Shown one piece after another: positions 35,764 to 47,019 of a DNA stretch of 64,000 bases. Origin of the DNA: Clostridia bacterium (lineage in GTDB: Bacteria; Bacillota; Clostridia; RUG12999); NCBI GenBank assembly GCA_017396395.1, contig JAFQMF010000013.1, forward strand, positions 41,161 through 105,160. The letters are read 5' to 3'. The position numbers and the translations under genes were made by a program. Position 1 is the first letter of the stretch; every line of letters begins with the position of its first letter. Under the pieces are notes generated by a model. That model did no database searches. It had not been told where the DNA came from and saw only the letters and a program-made list of their open reading frames with translations.

Positions 35764-36273
35764 ATGGCACTCGAAGAAAAGAACGAAATAGTTTTGGAAG
35801 ATGCTTCTGCAAAAGAAGAAAATCTTGAAGGTTTAAGCTTTTCAGGAACTTATACTCCAAAAATTGACGAAAAGGGTCGTTTTTTCATTCCAGGCAAATT
35901 TAGGGATATTCTTGATAATGAGGGCACATGTACCATCACTCACGGACTTGACGGGTGTTTGTGGCTTTACAGCCAACCTGTATGGAAAAAGGTTTTTGCA
36001 AACCTTTCTAAGCTTTCTGATACAAAAAAAGGCGATAGATATTTAAAACGTTTCTTCCTTGGCGGTGCTAAGGAGTGCGAGCTTGATAAACAAGGGAGAG
36101 TTCTTATCCCCCCTGACCTTCGTGCTTTTGCAAATATTGAAGGTGATATTCAGCTTGTAGGCGTTGGAAATAAAATTGAAATATGGGCACAGGACAGCTG
36201 GACAGGCTATGGAGAAGATGATGATTTGGATGCAGAATACATAGCAGAAAATCTGGAAGAGCTTGAACTGTAA
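35764..36273 (+). CDS. mraZ: transcriptional regulator MraZ
   Basis: two MraZ (SpoVT-AbrB-like) repeats: KIDEKGRFFIPGKFRDIL and ELDKQGRVLIPPDLRAF; start may be slightly later than the annotated ATG. Confidence 0.85.
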   Translation: MALEEKNEIVLEDASAKEENLEGLSFSGTYTPKIDEKGRFFIPGKFRDILDNEGTCTITHGLDGCLWLYSQPVWKKVFANLSKLSDTKKGDRYLKRFFLGGAKECELDKQGRVLIPPDLRAFANIEGDIQLVGVGNKIEIWAQDSWTGYGEDDDLDAEYIAENLEELEL

Positions 36274-36298
36274 CCTATATTAATGAAAGGAAACTGTC

Positions 36299-37234
36299 AT
36301 GGAGTTTAAACATATACCCATAATGTTTGATGATTGCATAAATATGCTAAACATACAGCAAGACGGAATATATGTTGACGGAACTTTAGGCGGTGGCGGG
36401 CACAGCTACGGAATATGCAGTCGTTTGGGAGATAAGGGAAGGCTTATTGGTATTGACCGTGACTCAGAAGCTATTTCTGCTGCAAAAAAACGGTTGGAGA
36501 AATTTGAAGGTAAAGTAACCTTCGTAAACGACAACTATGCAAACATTAAGAATGTCCTTTCTAAAGAGGGACCGGTTCTCATAAACGGTGCCTTACTTGA
36601 TTTGGGTGTTTCTTCGTACCAGCTGGACAATCCTGAGCGAGGTTTTTCCTATATGCATAATGCCCCCTTGGATATGCGTATGAACGCTCAGGATGGCTTC
36701 AGCGCATATGAGCTTGTGAACACTTACAGCGAAAAGGACCTTTTCCGTGTAATAAAAGATTATGGTGAAGAAAAGTGGGCATCAAGAATTGCAAAATTTA
36801 TTGTGGAAGCAAGAAAAAAAGAGGATATTAAAACTACTTTTCAGCTTAACGATATAATAAAATCAGCAATTCCCGCAGGTGCAAGAAAAGATGGCGGACA
36901 TCCCTCCAAAAGAACTTTTCAGGCAATAAGAATTGAAGTAAACGGGGAAATTGAAAAGCTGAAAAATGCACTAAGTGATTTTTTTGATGTACTTGCTCCC
37001 GGAGGAGTGCTGGCGGTAATAACCTTCCACTCTCTAGAAGACAGAATAGTAAAACAGCTCTTTACTGAGCTTTCAACAGGTTGTACCTGTCCCCCAAGCT
37101 TTCCCATATGCGTATGCGGAAAAAAGCCAAGAGGAAAAATAATTAATAAAAAACCCATGGTGGCATCAGGAGAAGAAATTGAAAATAACAGCCGAAGCAA
37201 AAGCGCAAAGCTTCGCGGTATTACTAAACTATAA
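36299..37234 (+). CDS. rsmH: 16S rRNA (cytosine1402-N4)-methyltransferase
   Basis: [13 protein letters not shown]...[13 protein letters not shown]-binding signature. Confidence 0.95.
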   Translation: MEFKHIPIMFDDCINMLNIQQDGIYVDGTLGGGGHSYGICSRLGDKGRLIGIDRDSEAISAAKKRLEKFEGKVTFVNDNYANIKNVLSKEGPVLINGALLDLGVSSYQLDNPERGFSYMHNAPLDMRMNAQDGFSAYELVNTYSEKDLFRVIKDYGEEKWASRIAKFIVEARKKEDIKTTFQLNDIIKSAIPAGARKDGGHPSKRTFQAIRIEVNGEIEKLKNALSDFFDVLAPGGVLAVITFHSLEDRIVKQLFTELSTGCTCPPSFPICVCGKKPRGKIINKKPMVASGEEIENNSRSKSAKLRGITKL

Positions 37235-37248
37235 AAGGCAGGAAGTGA

Positions 37249-37647
37249 TTGAAAATGGCAGATAATCTGGCGCGAATACTGGCAGATGACGGGCTGGCGT
37301 ACCAGCAAGAACTTTATGAGCGAAGACAAAGAAAAGCAAAGGCAAAAAGAACTGAACGTTTATCTGCTGTAGTAGGCATTATTCTTGCTTTTTCTCTTGC
37401 ATTTACCATTGTGTCAAGATATATGGCGATTGCAGAACAACAAAATGAAATCACAGCAGCAGAAAATAACCTTAATAATATAAAAAGCTCCAATGACCAA
37501 AAAGAGGTTATGTTGGAAAGTGCTATGACACTTGAGGAGCTGGAAGAAAACGCACGAGTACGACTTGGCATGAATAAGCCTGCCAACAATCAAATAGTAT
37601 ATGTATGCATTACTAAAGAAGATACCGCTTGCGTTGTGAAAAACTAA
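37249..37647 (+). CDS. ftsL: cell division protein FtsL (septum formation initiator family)
   Basis: small bitopic protein with a single TM (VVGIILAFSLAFTIV) followed by a coiled coil; positioned after rsmH. Confidence 0.75.
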   Translation: MKMADNLARILADDGLAYQQELYERRQRKAKAKRTERLSAVVGIILAFSLAFTIVSRYMAIAEQQNEITAAENNLNNIKSSNDQKEVMLESAMTLEELEENARVRLGMNKPANNQIVYVCITKEDTACVVKN

Positions 37648-37838
37648 AAAGTTTAGTGGTAATAATCAGAACTTTTTTTGCTTATACATAATATTACAGA
37701 ATATATTGATATCAACTAAAGGTAATGCTCGAAAATCCGGGCCTTGCCTTTTTTGAGATTTATAGAGTAAGGTATTAACCTTTAAAATTTAAACATTAAA
37801 TTAGATTTTGCCAAAAATATGGCGGACAGGAGCACAAA

Positions 37839-40028
37839 ATGGCCAGAGATAATTCCAAAACTATGATGCGTAATCGAATTCTCGCTTTTGCACTTATATT
37901 CCTTTCTGTAATAGTGTTTTTATGTGGACGTATTTTTTATATTCAGATGATTAAGGGCAATACCTACAAGGCTATGGCTCTTGACCAGCAAACAAAGGAA
38001 AAGGAAATTACTCCCAAAAGAGGAACTATATATGACAGAAACGGCAAAGAACTGGCTGTAAGTGCTACTGTTGATACTGTTGTAGCTGACCCTAAAATTA
38101 TTAAATCAAAGAAAAATGCCGAGGATATTGCCAACACACTTTCCCCTATTTTAGGTATGGAAAAAGCGGATATACTTGCTATTGTTAACAAAGAAAGCAG
38201 TTTTGAGTGGGTAGCAAAAAAGATTGATTCAGAAAAATCTGCTCAGATACGCAAATACATTTCCGGCAAGGATGAAAAAGGAAACAAGCTTTCCAAAAAG
38301 GAGATGGAAGGCCACGATTTAAGCGGTATTTCCCTTATTGAGGATACTAAAAGATTTTATCCAGGCGGCAGTCTTGCTTCCCATGTTATAGGCTTTACAG
38401 GCACTGATAATCAGGGACTGGAGGGCATTGAGGCAATTTATGACAAATTTTTAAAAGGTAATGCAGGCAAAATTGTAACCTCAAATAAAAGTACAGGCTC
38501 TCTTCCTCAGGATTATGAAAAATACTTTAATGCTCAGGACGGGGACAATATTGTTCTTACTATAGACTCAAATATTCAGCGTTTTGTAGAAAAGGCACTT
38601 GATGATGCATATTTAAAATATCAGGCTCTTGGTGGTGCTTGTGTACTTGTTACAAACCCTAACACGGGAGAAATTCTTGCTATGGCAACTCGCCCCACTT
38701 TTGACCTTAACAGTCCTCGTGTTCTTTCAACAGACCAGAGTGAGCCTGCAACACTTGAACAGCTTCAGGAGCGTTGGAGAAATAAAGTTGTTGTAGATGC
38801 TTATGAACCAGGTTCAGTATTTAAGCTTATTACCTGTTCTATTGCATTAGAGGAAAAGGTTACAAATCTTACTGACCCATATTTCTGCCCGGGATATCTG
38901 GTAGTAGGCGGACAAAAAATTCATTGTTTTAAAACTACAGGACACGGTGCGAGTAATCTTTTAAAGGGAACTGTGGATTCCTGTAACCCCGTTTATATGC
39001 AGGTTGCATCCAAAATCGGAAAAGATACTATGTTCAAATATTTTAAATCCTTTGGTTTCAGAGAAACTACAGGGTTTGACCTTCCCGGCGAGGCAGTAGG
39101 TTCATATTGGAACTATAATAATTATAACGAAACGGAGCTTGCCACCTCCTCCTTTGGTCAGGGTTTTACTGTTACACCATTACAGATGGCAACAGCAGTT
39201 GGTGCTCTTGTTAATGGCGGATATTTATATAAGCCCTTTATAGTTAAAGAAATTGTAGATAGCGAAGGAAATCGCGTTGAATCTACAACTCCTACACGCA
39301 TCAGACAGGTACTTTCCAAAGAAACATCTGATACTATGCGTTATATTATGCAAACGACTCTTGTGGAATCGGGAAGTCTTGCAAAGGTAGATGGCTACGA
39401 AATAGGCGGAAAAAGCGGAACAAGTGAAAAACTTCCCAGAGGAAACGGACAGTATATAGGCTCTTACTGCAGTGTAGCTCCTATAAATGATCCACAGATT
39501 TTATGCCTTGTTATTATTGACGACCCAAGAGGGGCAAGCTACTATGGCGGACAGACCGCTGCTCCTGTTGCAAGCAGTATTATGGAGCAGGTGCTTCAGT
39601 ATTATAAAGTTCAGCCAAACGGCGATCAAGTAAAAGCTTCTTCTGATGATACAGTAATTCCTTCAGTTATTGGAAAAACCGCAGAGGATGCAAAGAGAAT
39701 TGTTTCTTCCTTTGCACTTCAGTGTACTATATATGGTTCAGGTGATACTGTAATTTCCCAAGACCCCCCTGCAGGAACCCATGTGCGTAACAATTCCTAC
39801 GTTTCCATTACTCTTGGCACCTCTGCCGATGCTTCAGATGAGGTAGCAGTTCCCAGTCTTATAGGAAAAAGTATGGAGGAAGTAAATACAATAGTCGCAG
39901 AATCGGGACTTACTTTAAAGGTGGCAGGTGCATCAGGCGGAAATGTAATATCCCTTAATCAAAATCCTGTTGCAGGCAAAAAAGTAAAACGAGGAAGCAT
40001 GGTAACCGTAACATTTGGACAGCAATAA
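37839..40028 (+). CDS. class B penicillin-binding protein (FtsI/SpoVD family) with two C-terminal PASTA domains
   Basis: dimerisation domain; transpeptidase motifs SVFK, SCN, KSGT; two PASTA repeats at the C-terminus. Confidence 0.9.
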   Translation: MARDNSKTMMRNRILAFALIFLSVIVFLCGRIFYIQMIKGNTYKAMALDQQTKEKEITPKRGTIYDRNGKELAVSATVDTVVADPKIIKSKKNAEDIANTLSPILGMEKADILAIVNKESSFEWVAKKIDSEKSAQIRKYISGKDEKGNKLSKKEMEGHDLSGISLIEDTKRFYPGGSLASHVIGFTGTDNQGLEGIEAIYDKFLKGNAGKIVTSNKSTGSLPQDYEKYFNAQDGDNIVLTIDSNIQRFVEKALDDAYLKYQALGGACVLVTNPNTGEILAMATRPTFDLNSPRVLSTDQSEPATLEQLQERWRNKVVVDAYEPGSVFKLITCSIALEEKVTNLTDPYFCPGYLVVGGQKIHCFKTTGHGASNLLKGTVDSCNPVYMQVASKIGKDTMFKYFKSFGFRETTGFDLPGEAVGSYWNYNNYNETELATSSFGQGFTVTPLQMATAVGALVNGGYLYKPFIVKEIVDSEGNRVESTTPTRIRQVLSKETSDTMRYIMQTTLVESGSLAKVDGYEIGGKSGTSEKLPRGNGQYIGSYCSVAPINDPQILCLVIIDDPRGASYYGGQTAAPVASSIMEQVLQYYKVQPNGDQVKASSDDTVIPSVIGKTAEDAKRIVSSFALQCTIYGSGDTVISQDPPAGTHVRNNSYVSITLGTSADASDEVAVPSLIGKSMEEVNTIVAESGLTLKVAGASGGNVISLNQNPVAGKKVKRGSMVTVTFGQQ

Positions 40029-40048
40029 AAAGGACGGAGGAATTTCTC

Positions 40049-41476
40049 TTGTACTTAAGTGATTTACTAAAAAACATTGAATATATATCCTGTGATGCTA
40101 CTTTCGATCCTGAAATTCGCGAAATTACAAACAATTCGGGAGAAATTAAAGCAGGAGATGTTTTTGTGTGTATTGCGGGATTTAAAACAGACGGACATAA
40201 CTTTGCTTTAAATGCCCAGAAGGCAGGAGCATCTTGTATTATTGCTTCTGAAAAAATTGATGTATCTGTTCCTGTTATATACGTAGAAAACACAAGAAAA
40301 GCTCTTGCTCAAAGCTCAAAATTTATATATGGCGACCCTTCAAAAAAACTTAAAATAATAGGAATTACAGGAACAAACGGAAAAACTACCACCTGCTATC
40401 TTATTAAAAATATATTGGAGTCAGCAGGCAAAGTGGTGGGTTTAATTGGAACAAATGAAACTGTTGTAGGAAATACACGGATTCCCGCAATGCGTACTAC
40501 TCCTGAATCTTATCAGCTTAACAAGCTTTTTTCGGATATGCTTGATATGGGTGCACAGTACTGCGTAATGGAGGTTTCTTCCCACTCTCTTGACTTATTC
40601 AGAGTAGAAGGAATAAGCTTTACTGCCGGAGGATTTACTAACCTTACCCATGACCATCTTGATTTTCATAAAACTATGGAAAACTATTTTAATGCTAAAG
40701 CAAAGCTGTTTTCTATGTGTGAATTTGGATGTGTAAATGTTGACGATGACTGGGGTGCAAAGCTTCCCCAAAAAGCTAATGGAAGGGTTATTACATATTC
40801 TGTTAATTCTCCCTCTGATAACAAAGCAGAAAATATTATTTTTCATCAAGGCAGCAACGAATTTGATTTAAATGGAACTCATTTTACAATGAAAATTCCA
40901 GGACTTTTCTCTGTGTATAACGGTCTTCTGGCTATCTCAATCTGCTATGGTCTTGGTCTTAGCTATGTAGATATAGCAAAAGGTCTTTCAGATTCTATGG
41001 GTGCAGAAGGCAGAGCACAGGTATTAAATACTGATACAGATTATAAAGTAATTATAGATTATGCTCACACTCCCGATGGACTTTATAATATTCTTTCAAC
41101 ACTAAAAAAATTTGCTACAGGCAGAATAATATGTGTGTTTGGCGCAGCAGGTGAACGAGATTCTGTAAAGCGTCCCGATATGGGAGAAATAGTAGGAAAA
41201 TATGCAGATTTAGCTATTATTACTGCTGACAATCCCATAAATGAAGATTTAACTCTTATTTGTTCACAGGTAGAGGAAGGAATATTAAAAACTTCTTGTC
41301 CCTACAAAATAATTTATGACCGAAAAAATGCAATTATAGACGCTTTAACACTTGCACGCAAGGAGGATATAGTGCTTCTTGCAGGAAAAGGACACGAAAC
41401 ATATCAGCTTATAGGTGATGAAAAAGTTCCTTTTAGTGAAAAAAATATTGTTTTAGAATATCTTAATAAAAACTAA
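40049..41476 (+). CDS. murE: UDP-N-acetylmuramoyl-L-alanyl-D-glutamate--2,6-diaminopimelate ligase
   Basis: Mur ligase P-loop GITGTNGKTT; DNPR motif region; TTG start preceded by AGGACGGAGGA RBS. Confidence 0.9.
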   Translation: MYLSDLLKNIEYISCDATFDPEIREITNNSGEIKAGDVFVCIAGFKTDGHNFALNAQKAGASCIIASEKIDVSVPVIYVENTRKALAQSSKFIYGDPSKKLKIIGITGTNGKTTTCYLIKNILESAGKVVGLIGTNETVVGNTRIPAMRTTPESYQLNKLFSDMLDMGAQYCVMEVSSHSLDLFRVEGISFTAGGFTNLTHDHLDFHKTMENYFNAKAKLFSMCEFGCVNVDDDWGAKLPQKANGRVITYSVNSPSDNKAENIIFHQGSNEFDLNGTHFTMKIPGLFSVYNGLLAISICYGLGLSYVDIAKGLSDSMGAEGRAQVLNTDTDYKVIIDYAHTPDGLYNILSTLKKFATGRIICVFGAAGERDSVKRPDMGEIVGKYADLAIITADNPINEDLTLICSQVEEGILKTSCPYKIIYDRKNAIIDALTLARKEDIVLLAGKGHETYQLIGDEKVPFSEKNIVLEYLNKN

Positions 41477-41526
41477 CTCAGTCATATATAATTTACTTAT
41501 ATATGATATATCGAGGAGGATAAAAA

Positions 41527-42498
41527 GTGATTAATATACAAATGCTTATAGTTGGTTTTATAGCGGCTTTTATAATAGGTATTTTAATATCTCCGCCACT
41601 TATCAGCTTTTTTAAAAGATTAAAATGCGGGCAGGAAATTCGTGATGAAGGTCCATGCTGGCATGAATCAAAATCAGGCACTCCCACAATGGGAGGGATG
41701 ATTTTCATACTTGCCTCCGCAATTCCCGCAATAATAGTATCTAATAGAAACTTAGTTACAATAATGCTTATATTCCTTAGTGTTTCCTTTGGTGTAGTAG
41801 GCTTTGTAGATGATTTTATTAAAGTAAAATTCAAGAGGAATTTAGGTCTTACAGAGTTACAAAAGTTAGGACTTCAGATTGTTGCCTCCTGTCTTTTCGT
41901 ATGGGTGTTAAAAGATACTCTTATAAACACTCCCTTTATTATTCCCTTTACAAATATTTCAATTAATTTGGGAATATGGTATCTTCCTCTTTCAGTAATT
42001 GTAATTATCAGTTCAGTAAATGCTGTTAACTTAACTGACGGACTGGATGGTCTTGCATCCAGTGTTACAACTGTTGTGGCAATATTTTTTACGATTATTT
42101 CACTTATCACAAAAAATATTCCTGTAAGCATTTTCGGAAGTACCATAATTGGGGGGACAGGTGCATTTTTAATTTTCAATAAGTTCCCTGCAAAAATATT
42201 TATGGGAGATACCGGCTCGCTTTTTTTAGGCGGTGCTCTTGCTGGTATGGCAATATTGACCGGCACTCCGCTATTTTTACTGATTGCAGGAGGAATACTT
42301 GTTATTGAAGCTCTTTCCGTTATAATTCAGGTAGGCGTTTATAAATTAACTAAAAAAAGAGTTTTTAAAATGGCTCCTATTCACCATCATTTTGAAATGT
42401 CAGGCTTTAAAGAGCAGAAAATTGTAATAATCTTTACTCTTTGTTCTCTATTGCTTTGCATAATTGCTTACGGTGGTTTTTTAGTACACTTATCATAA
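41527..42498 (+). CDS. mraY: phospho-N-acetylmuramoyl-pentapeptide transferase
   Basis: MraY motifs incl. NAVNLTDGLDGLA and the PIHHHFE C-terminal loop; GTG start with GAGGAGGA RBS. Confidence 0.9.
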   Translation: MINIQMLIVGFIAAFIIGILISPPLISFFKRLKCGQEIRDEGPCWHESKSGTPTMGGMIFILASAIPAIIVSNRNLVTIMLIFLSVSFGVVGFVDDFIKVKFKRNLGLTELQKLGLQIVASCLFVWVLKDTLINTPFIIPFTNISINLGIWYLPLSVIVIISSVNAVNLTDGLDGLASSVTTVVAIFFTIISLITKNIPVSIFGSTIIGGTGAFLIFNKFPAKIFMGDTGSLFLGGALAGMAILTGTPLFLLIAGGILVIEALSVIIQVGVYKLTKKRVFKMAPIHHHFEMSGFKEQKIVIIFTLCSLLLCIIAYGGFLVHLS

Positions 42499-42525
42499 GT
42501 TTTAAATTTTTGGAGGGCGAAAGCA

Positions 42526-43701
42526 TTGGTTAAAAAAATACGCTTTAAAAGAAAAAATACATTCGGTATGCTTGATATCGAGCTATTGTCTATTATTTCC
42601 ATAATGGTGCTTTTCGGTCTTGTTATGGTAGGTAGTGCCAGCTCTGTTTCAGCACTTTACAAATATGGGGACAGTATGCTTTTTCTTCGCAAACAGCTTA
42701 TTGTAGCATTAGCAGGCTTTGTTGCTATGTATTTAATATCCCGAGTTGATTATCATAAAATTGCCTCTCCTCTTATGATTATGATAGGATATGGCATAGT
42801 ATGGGTGCTTATGGTACTGGCAGCTTTTATAGGCGAAGATATTAACGGTGCACACCGTTGGATTACCATAGGAGGAACAAGCTTACAGCCTTCTGAGCCT
42901 GCAAAAATTGTTCTGGTTGTTTTAACTGCATATGTTTGCTCCAGACAAAAAAAGGAAGCTTTGCGTACATTTAAAGGCGGTTTTTTAACATATGTAATTA
43001 TACTGGGTGTTTCTGTAATTCCTCTTATTTTGGAAAGACACAAAAGTGCCTGTATAATATTTGCCCTACTGGTTTTCTCTATAGCATTTATAGGCGGTGC
43101 AAATCTTAAATATTATTTTGCTGCTGCACCTGTTGCATTAGTGGGATTAATAGTTTGGTTTATGAGTGATACATACAGCAGCAACAGAATTATGTCTATG
43201 TTCAATCCCTTCCTTGATCCAAGAGGAACAGGTTATCAGGCTGTACAGTCCTTATATGCAATTGGTTCAGGCGGTCTTTTTGGACTGGGACTTGGACGTT
43301 CTCAGCAAAAAATTATGTATATTCCCGAACCTCAGAACGACTTTATATTCTCCATTATTTGCGAGGAGCTGGGTTTTATAGGTGCCATTGGAGTAATTAT
43401 GCTTTTTGTATTATTTATGTTCAGGTGTATAAAAATCGCCTCAGAAGCTCCCGATAAATTAGGAAAGCTTATTGCTATGGGACTTACAACACTTATTATG
43501 TCACAGTTTATAATTAATATAATGGTTGTAACTGCTACAGGCCCTGTAACAGGTATGCCACTTCCTTTTTTCAGTGCGGGAGGAACTAATCTTCTGTTTA
43601 CTCTTGCAGGTATGGGACTGCTCCTTAATATTTCAAGACAGTCGGTAAAAAGGGTAAAACAGCCTGTTAAAACTATTGAAACTAAAAAAAGATATATCTG
43701 A
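42526..43701 (+). CDS. SEDS-family peptidoglycan glycosyltransferase (FtsW / SpoVE)
   Basis: FtsW/RodA/SpoVE family 10-TM pattern with conserved PEPQNDFIFS; TTG start with TGGAGGG RBS. Confidence 0.88.
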   Translation: MVKKIRFKRKNTFGMLDIELLSIISIMVLFGLVMVGSASSVSALYKYGDSMLFLRKQLIVALAGFVAMYLISRVDYHKIASPLMIMIGYGIVWVLMVLAAFIGEDINGAHRWITIGGTSLQPSEPAKIVLVVLTAYVCSRQKKEALRTFKGGFLTYVIILGVSVIPLILERHKSACIIFALLVFSIAFIGGANLKYYFAAAPVALVGLIVWFMSDTYSSNRIMSMFNPFLDPRGTGYQAVQSLYAIGSGGLFGLGLGRSQQKIMYIPEPQNDFIFSIICEELGFIGAIGVIMLFVLFMFRCIKIASEAPDKLGKLIAMGLTTLIMSQFIINIMVVTATGPVTGMPLPFFSAGGTNLLFTLAGMGLLLNISRQSVKRVKQPVKTIETKKRYI

Positions 43702-43722
43702 TTTTCGGAGGTAAGTTTTTAT

Positions 43723-44814
43723 ATGCGTATTTTATTTGCAACAGGAGGTACAGGAGGACATATTAACCCTGCCATAGCTATAGCAAAAGAATTCAGAAAA
43801 AATCATCCCCAATGTGAAATACTTTTTGTTGGAACAAAACGTGGTCTTGAAGGAAAACTTGTTCCAAGAGAAGGTTTTGATATTAACTTTATTGAAACAG
43901 TGGGATTTAAACGCAAAATTACCCTTGAAAATATTGTAGTGGCATACAAGGCATTTACAAGTATGCTGCACACACGCAAAATACTAAAGGAATTTTCTCC
44001 TGATATTGTAATAGGTTGCGGCGGTTATACCAGCGGTCCTGTTGTAATGGAAGCCGCACTCAAGAAAATTCCTACTCTCATTCATGAACAAAATGCTTTT
44101 CCTGGCATAAGCAATAAAATGCTCAGCGGAAAGGTTAACACAGTATGTATAAGCTTTGAGGACACTGTAAAATATTTTCCCAAAGCTAAAAAAGTTGTTT
44201 ATACAGGTAATCCGGTACGTCCTTCAATGTTCAGTTATACCAAGGAAGAAGCCAGACAAAAGCTTGGTTTGGATTCCCGTCCTCTTTTTGTTTCTGTGGG
44301 AGGAAGTCTTGGTGCTGGCAGAATAAATGCTGAAATGAAAAAGCTGATAAAAAAGCTTCCTTCGGATATACAGATTATGTGGGCAACAGGCAACAGGGAA
44401 TATGAAGAAATTATTTCAGAAATTGGAGAAATTCCTTCTAATGTTACAATTTCTCCATACATCTACAATATGGAGGAAGTGCTGTCCGCTGCAGATCTTG
44501 TGTTATCCCGTTCAGGTGCAATTACTCTTACTGAGCTTTGTGCCTGCGGAACACCGTCAGTGCTTATTCCTTCTCCTAACGTAGCGGAAAATCATCAGGA
44601 AATTAATGCACGCACTCTGGAAGAAAAGGGTGCCTCAGTAGTGATATGCGAAAGGGAACTTGATGAAAATATACTTTTTGATACTGTAATAAGATTGATT
44701 TATGACACAAACCGTCTTAATAAAATGAGCGAAAAAGCAAAGCAGATGGCAAAGCCGGATGCTACATCTTTGATTTATACTGAATGTATCAGTCTGTTAG
44801 GGAATAAATCTTAA
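43723..44814 (+). CDS. murG: undecaprenyldiphospho-muramoylpentapeptide beta-N-acetylglucosaminyltransferase
   Basis: MRILFATGGTGGHINPAIAIAKEF N-terminus; GT28 domains. Confidence 0.92.
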   Translation: MRILFATGGTGGHINPAIAIAKEFRKNHPQCEILFVGTKRGLEGKLVPREGFDINFIETVGFKRKITLENIVVAYKAFTSMLHTRKILKEFSPDIVIGCGGYTSGPVVMEAALKKIPTLIHEQNAFPGISNKMLSGKVNTVCISFEDTVKYFPKAKKVVYTGNPVRPSMFSYTKEEARQKLGLDSRPLFVSVGGSLGAGRINAEMKKLIKKLPSDIQIMWATGNREYEEIISEIGEIPSNVTISPYIYNMEEVLSAADLVLSRSGAITLTELCACGTPSVLIPSPNVAENHQEINARTLEEKGASVVICERELDENILFDTVIRLIYDTNRLNKMSEKAKQMAKPDATSLIYTECISLLGNKS

Positions 44815-44903
44815 ACAGTAACCCCTCACCCCTCCTCAGCATAAAATATACTAATACCGCAATTTTTTTCGGTAATATTGCTGTTTGGAGGTTCGTAATA
44901 AAA

Positions 44904-46154
44904 ATGAGTACATATGTTGTTCACGGAGGCAACCTTCTTACCGGAGAAGTTCGCATTGGAGGTGCAAAAAATTCAGTACTGCCAATAATGGCTGCATCTC
45001 TTTTAAACCTATCCCAGACAAAGCTTCTTGATTGTCCAAACATTACCGATGTGGATATTTCAATCGAAATATTAAAGCATCTGGGTTGCAGTGTACATAG
45101 AGAAGGATATACAGCGGAAATTGATTCCTCCGAAATTAATAATTTCGAAATACCTCTTGAACTAATGAATAAAATGCGTTCCTCCTTTATTTTTTTAGGA
45201 GCAATGCTTGCTATTGGCGGAAAAGCTGTTTGCGGATATCCGGGAGGATGCGAGCTTGGTGCAAGGCCTATTGATTTACATTTAAAAGCATTTAAAAAAC
45301 TGGGCGTTCGCATAAAAGAAAAGGGCGGATACATATCTTGTGATTCCTCCCACTTTAAAGCCTGCAAGGTAGCACTGGATTTCCCTTCTGTGGGTGCTAC
45401 CGAAAACATAATGCTTCTTGCGTGTAAGCAAAAAGGAACTACCATAATAATAAATGCTGCAAGAGAGCCTGAAATAAAGGATTTGCAAAATTTTCTCAAC
45501 AGTATGGGTGCTCATATTTCAGGAGCAGGCAGCAGCAGAATACGTATTGAGGGTGTACCTTCTTTAAAATCTGTAAAAAAAAGAATAATGCCTGACAGAA
45601 TTGTTGCGGCAACTATGATGTTTGCAGTAGCAACTACAGGTGGAAATATAACTTTAAAAAATGTGGATTGCAGTCATCTTGAGTCTATAATTTTTCTTCT
45701 AAAGGATTGTGGTGCGGAAATTTACACCCACTGTGACAGTCTTGATATTAAATGTGTAGGCAGACTGAAATCTCCTGATACTCTTCAGACTATGCCCTAT
45801 CCTGGATTTCCCACAGATGCACAATCACAGGCACTTGCCTCATTTACTACAATGGAGGGCACAAGTATAGTAAAAGAAACTATATTTGAAAACAGGTTTA
45901 ATCAGACCAGTGAACTTAAGAAAATGGGAGCTGACATTACAATTGGTGACCGAATGGCAGTGATACGCGGCGTACCCCGACTGCACGGTGCTCATGTGTA
46001 TTCTCCCGATCTACGCGGTGGTGCGGCACTTGTTATTGCAGCACTTGGTGCAGAAGGTAAAACAATTGTGGACAATATTCACTACATAGACAGAGGTTAT
46101 GATAATTTAGAGAATATGATTTCCTCTCTTGGAGGAGATATTATAAGAGAATAG
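44904..46154 (+). CDS. murA: UDP-N-acetylglucosamine 1-carboxyvinyltransferase
   Basis: EPSP-synthase-fold MurA with the active-site Cys loop region PGGCELGARPIDLH. Confidence 0.92.
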   Translation: MSTYVVHGGNLLTGEVRIGGAKNSVLPIMAASLLNLSQTKLLDCPNITDVDISIEILKHLGCSVHREGYTAEIDSSEINNFEIPLELMNKMRSSFIFLGAMLAIGGKAVCGYPGGCELGARPIDLHLKAFKKLGVRIKEKGGYISCDSSHFKACKVALDFPSVGATENIMLLACKQKGTTIIINAAREPEIKDLQNFLNSMGAHISGAGSSRIRIEGVPSLKSVKKRIMPDRIVAATMMFAVATTGGNITLKNVDCSHLESIIFLLKDCGAEIYTHCDSLDIKCVGRLKSPDTLQTMPYPGFPTDAQSQALASFTTMEGTSIVKETIFENRFNQTSELKKMGADITIGDRMAVIRGVPRLHGAHVYSPDLRGGAALVIAALGAEGKTIVDNIHYIDRGYDNLENMISSLGGDIIRE

Positions 46155-46214
46155 TTTTACAGGCAAAAAATAACAGAGAGGAAGCTTTTTTGCAAAAAGC
46201 TAAGGTTTAAACTA

Positions 46215-46964
46215 ATGGATAATATTACAAAGGGCGACTTTAGAAAAGTCGCCCGTAAAAAAAGAAAAAAAAGGACAGGCAAAGGACTTCTTATTATAAT
46301 TGCCATAATGCTTATTATTTTTCTTTCCCCTCTTTTTAAAATAAAAGAAATCACTGTTGAGGGAACAGACAAACTTTCTCATGAATATATTATTTCTGCT
46401 TCTGGACTTACAACAGGAAAGCATCTTGTTTTTTCAGGACTTTCAAAAGCAGAAGATATTCTTAATAAAACCGCATATATTTCAGGCGCAAAAATTTCTT
46501 ACCATTTTCCCAGCAGTCTTGTAATTTCCGTAGAGGAAAAAATGCCTGTTGTATATTACAGCTTTGCAGACGGCTTCGTTGGGATAAATTCAGACGGAGT
46601 TGTAACTGATATTGTTCAGGATATGGATACTCCCCTTCCTGTTGCAGAGGGTATTACTCTTGCCTCTTACTCAATAGGCGAAAAACCTGATGTGGACGAA
46701 AGCTCAGATATGCAGATTTCCTGTCTTATTGAGGTAGCATCAGAAATATATAATCAGAAATTATCTGATGAAATTAAATATATTAATGTTTCAAAAATCA
46801 GCGATATTATATTAAAAACAAATAATGGTCTTATGGTAAAATGCGGAAATACCGAAGAGCTGTCCTATAAGCTGTCAATGCTTAAGGAGGTTATATCCGT
46901 TGCTGACACAGCAGGGGTGGTAGATATCAGCACTCCCAGCCGTGTAACATATGAAGTAACTTAA
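46215..46964 (+). CDS. divIB: cell division protein DivIB/FtsQ (POTRA domain)
   Basis: basic cytoplasmic N-terminus; single TM; POTRA-like KIKEITVEGTDKLSHEYI. Confidence 0.8.
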   Translation: MDNITKGDFRKVARKKRKKRTGKGLLIIIAIMLIIFLSPLFKIKEITVEGTDKLSHEYIISASGLTTGKHLVFSGLSKAEDILNKTAYISGAKISYHFPSSLVISVEEKMPVVYYSFADGFVGINSDGVVTDIVQDMDTPLPVAEGITLASYSIGEKPDVDESSDMQISCLIEVASEIYNQKLSDEIKYINVSKISDIILKTNNGLMVKCGNTEELSYKLSMLKEVISVADTAGVVDISTPSRVTYEVT

Positions 46965-47019
46965 AAATTTAATTGAAATTTTTCTACAAGGAATACATTT
47001 AGAAATAAAGGACAAGATT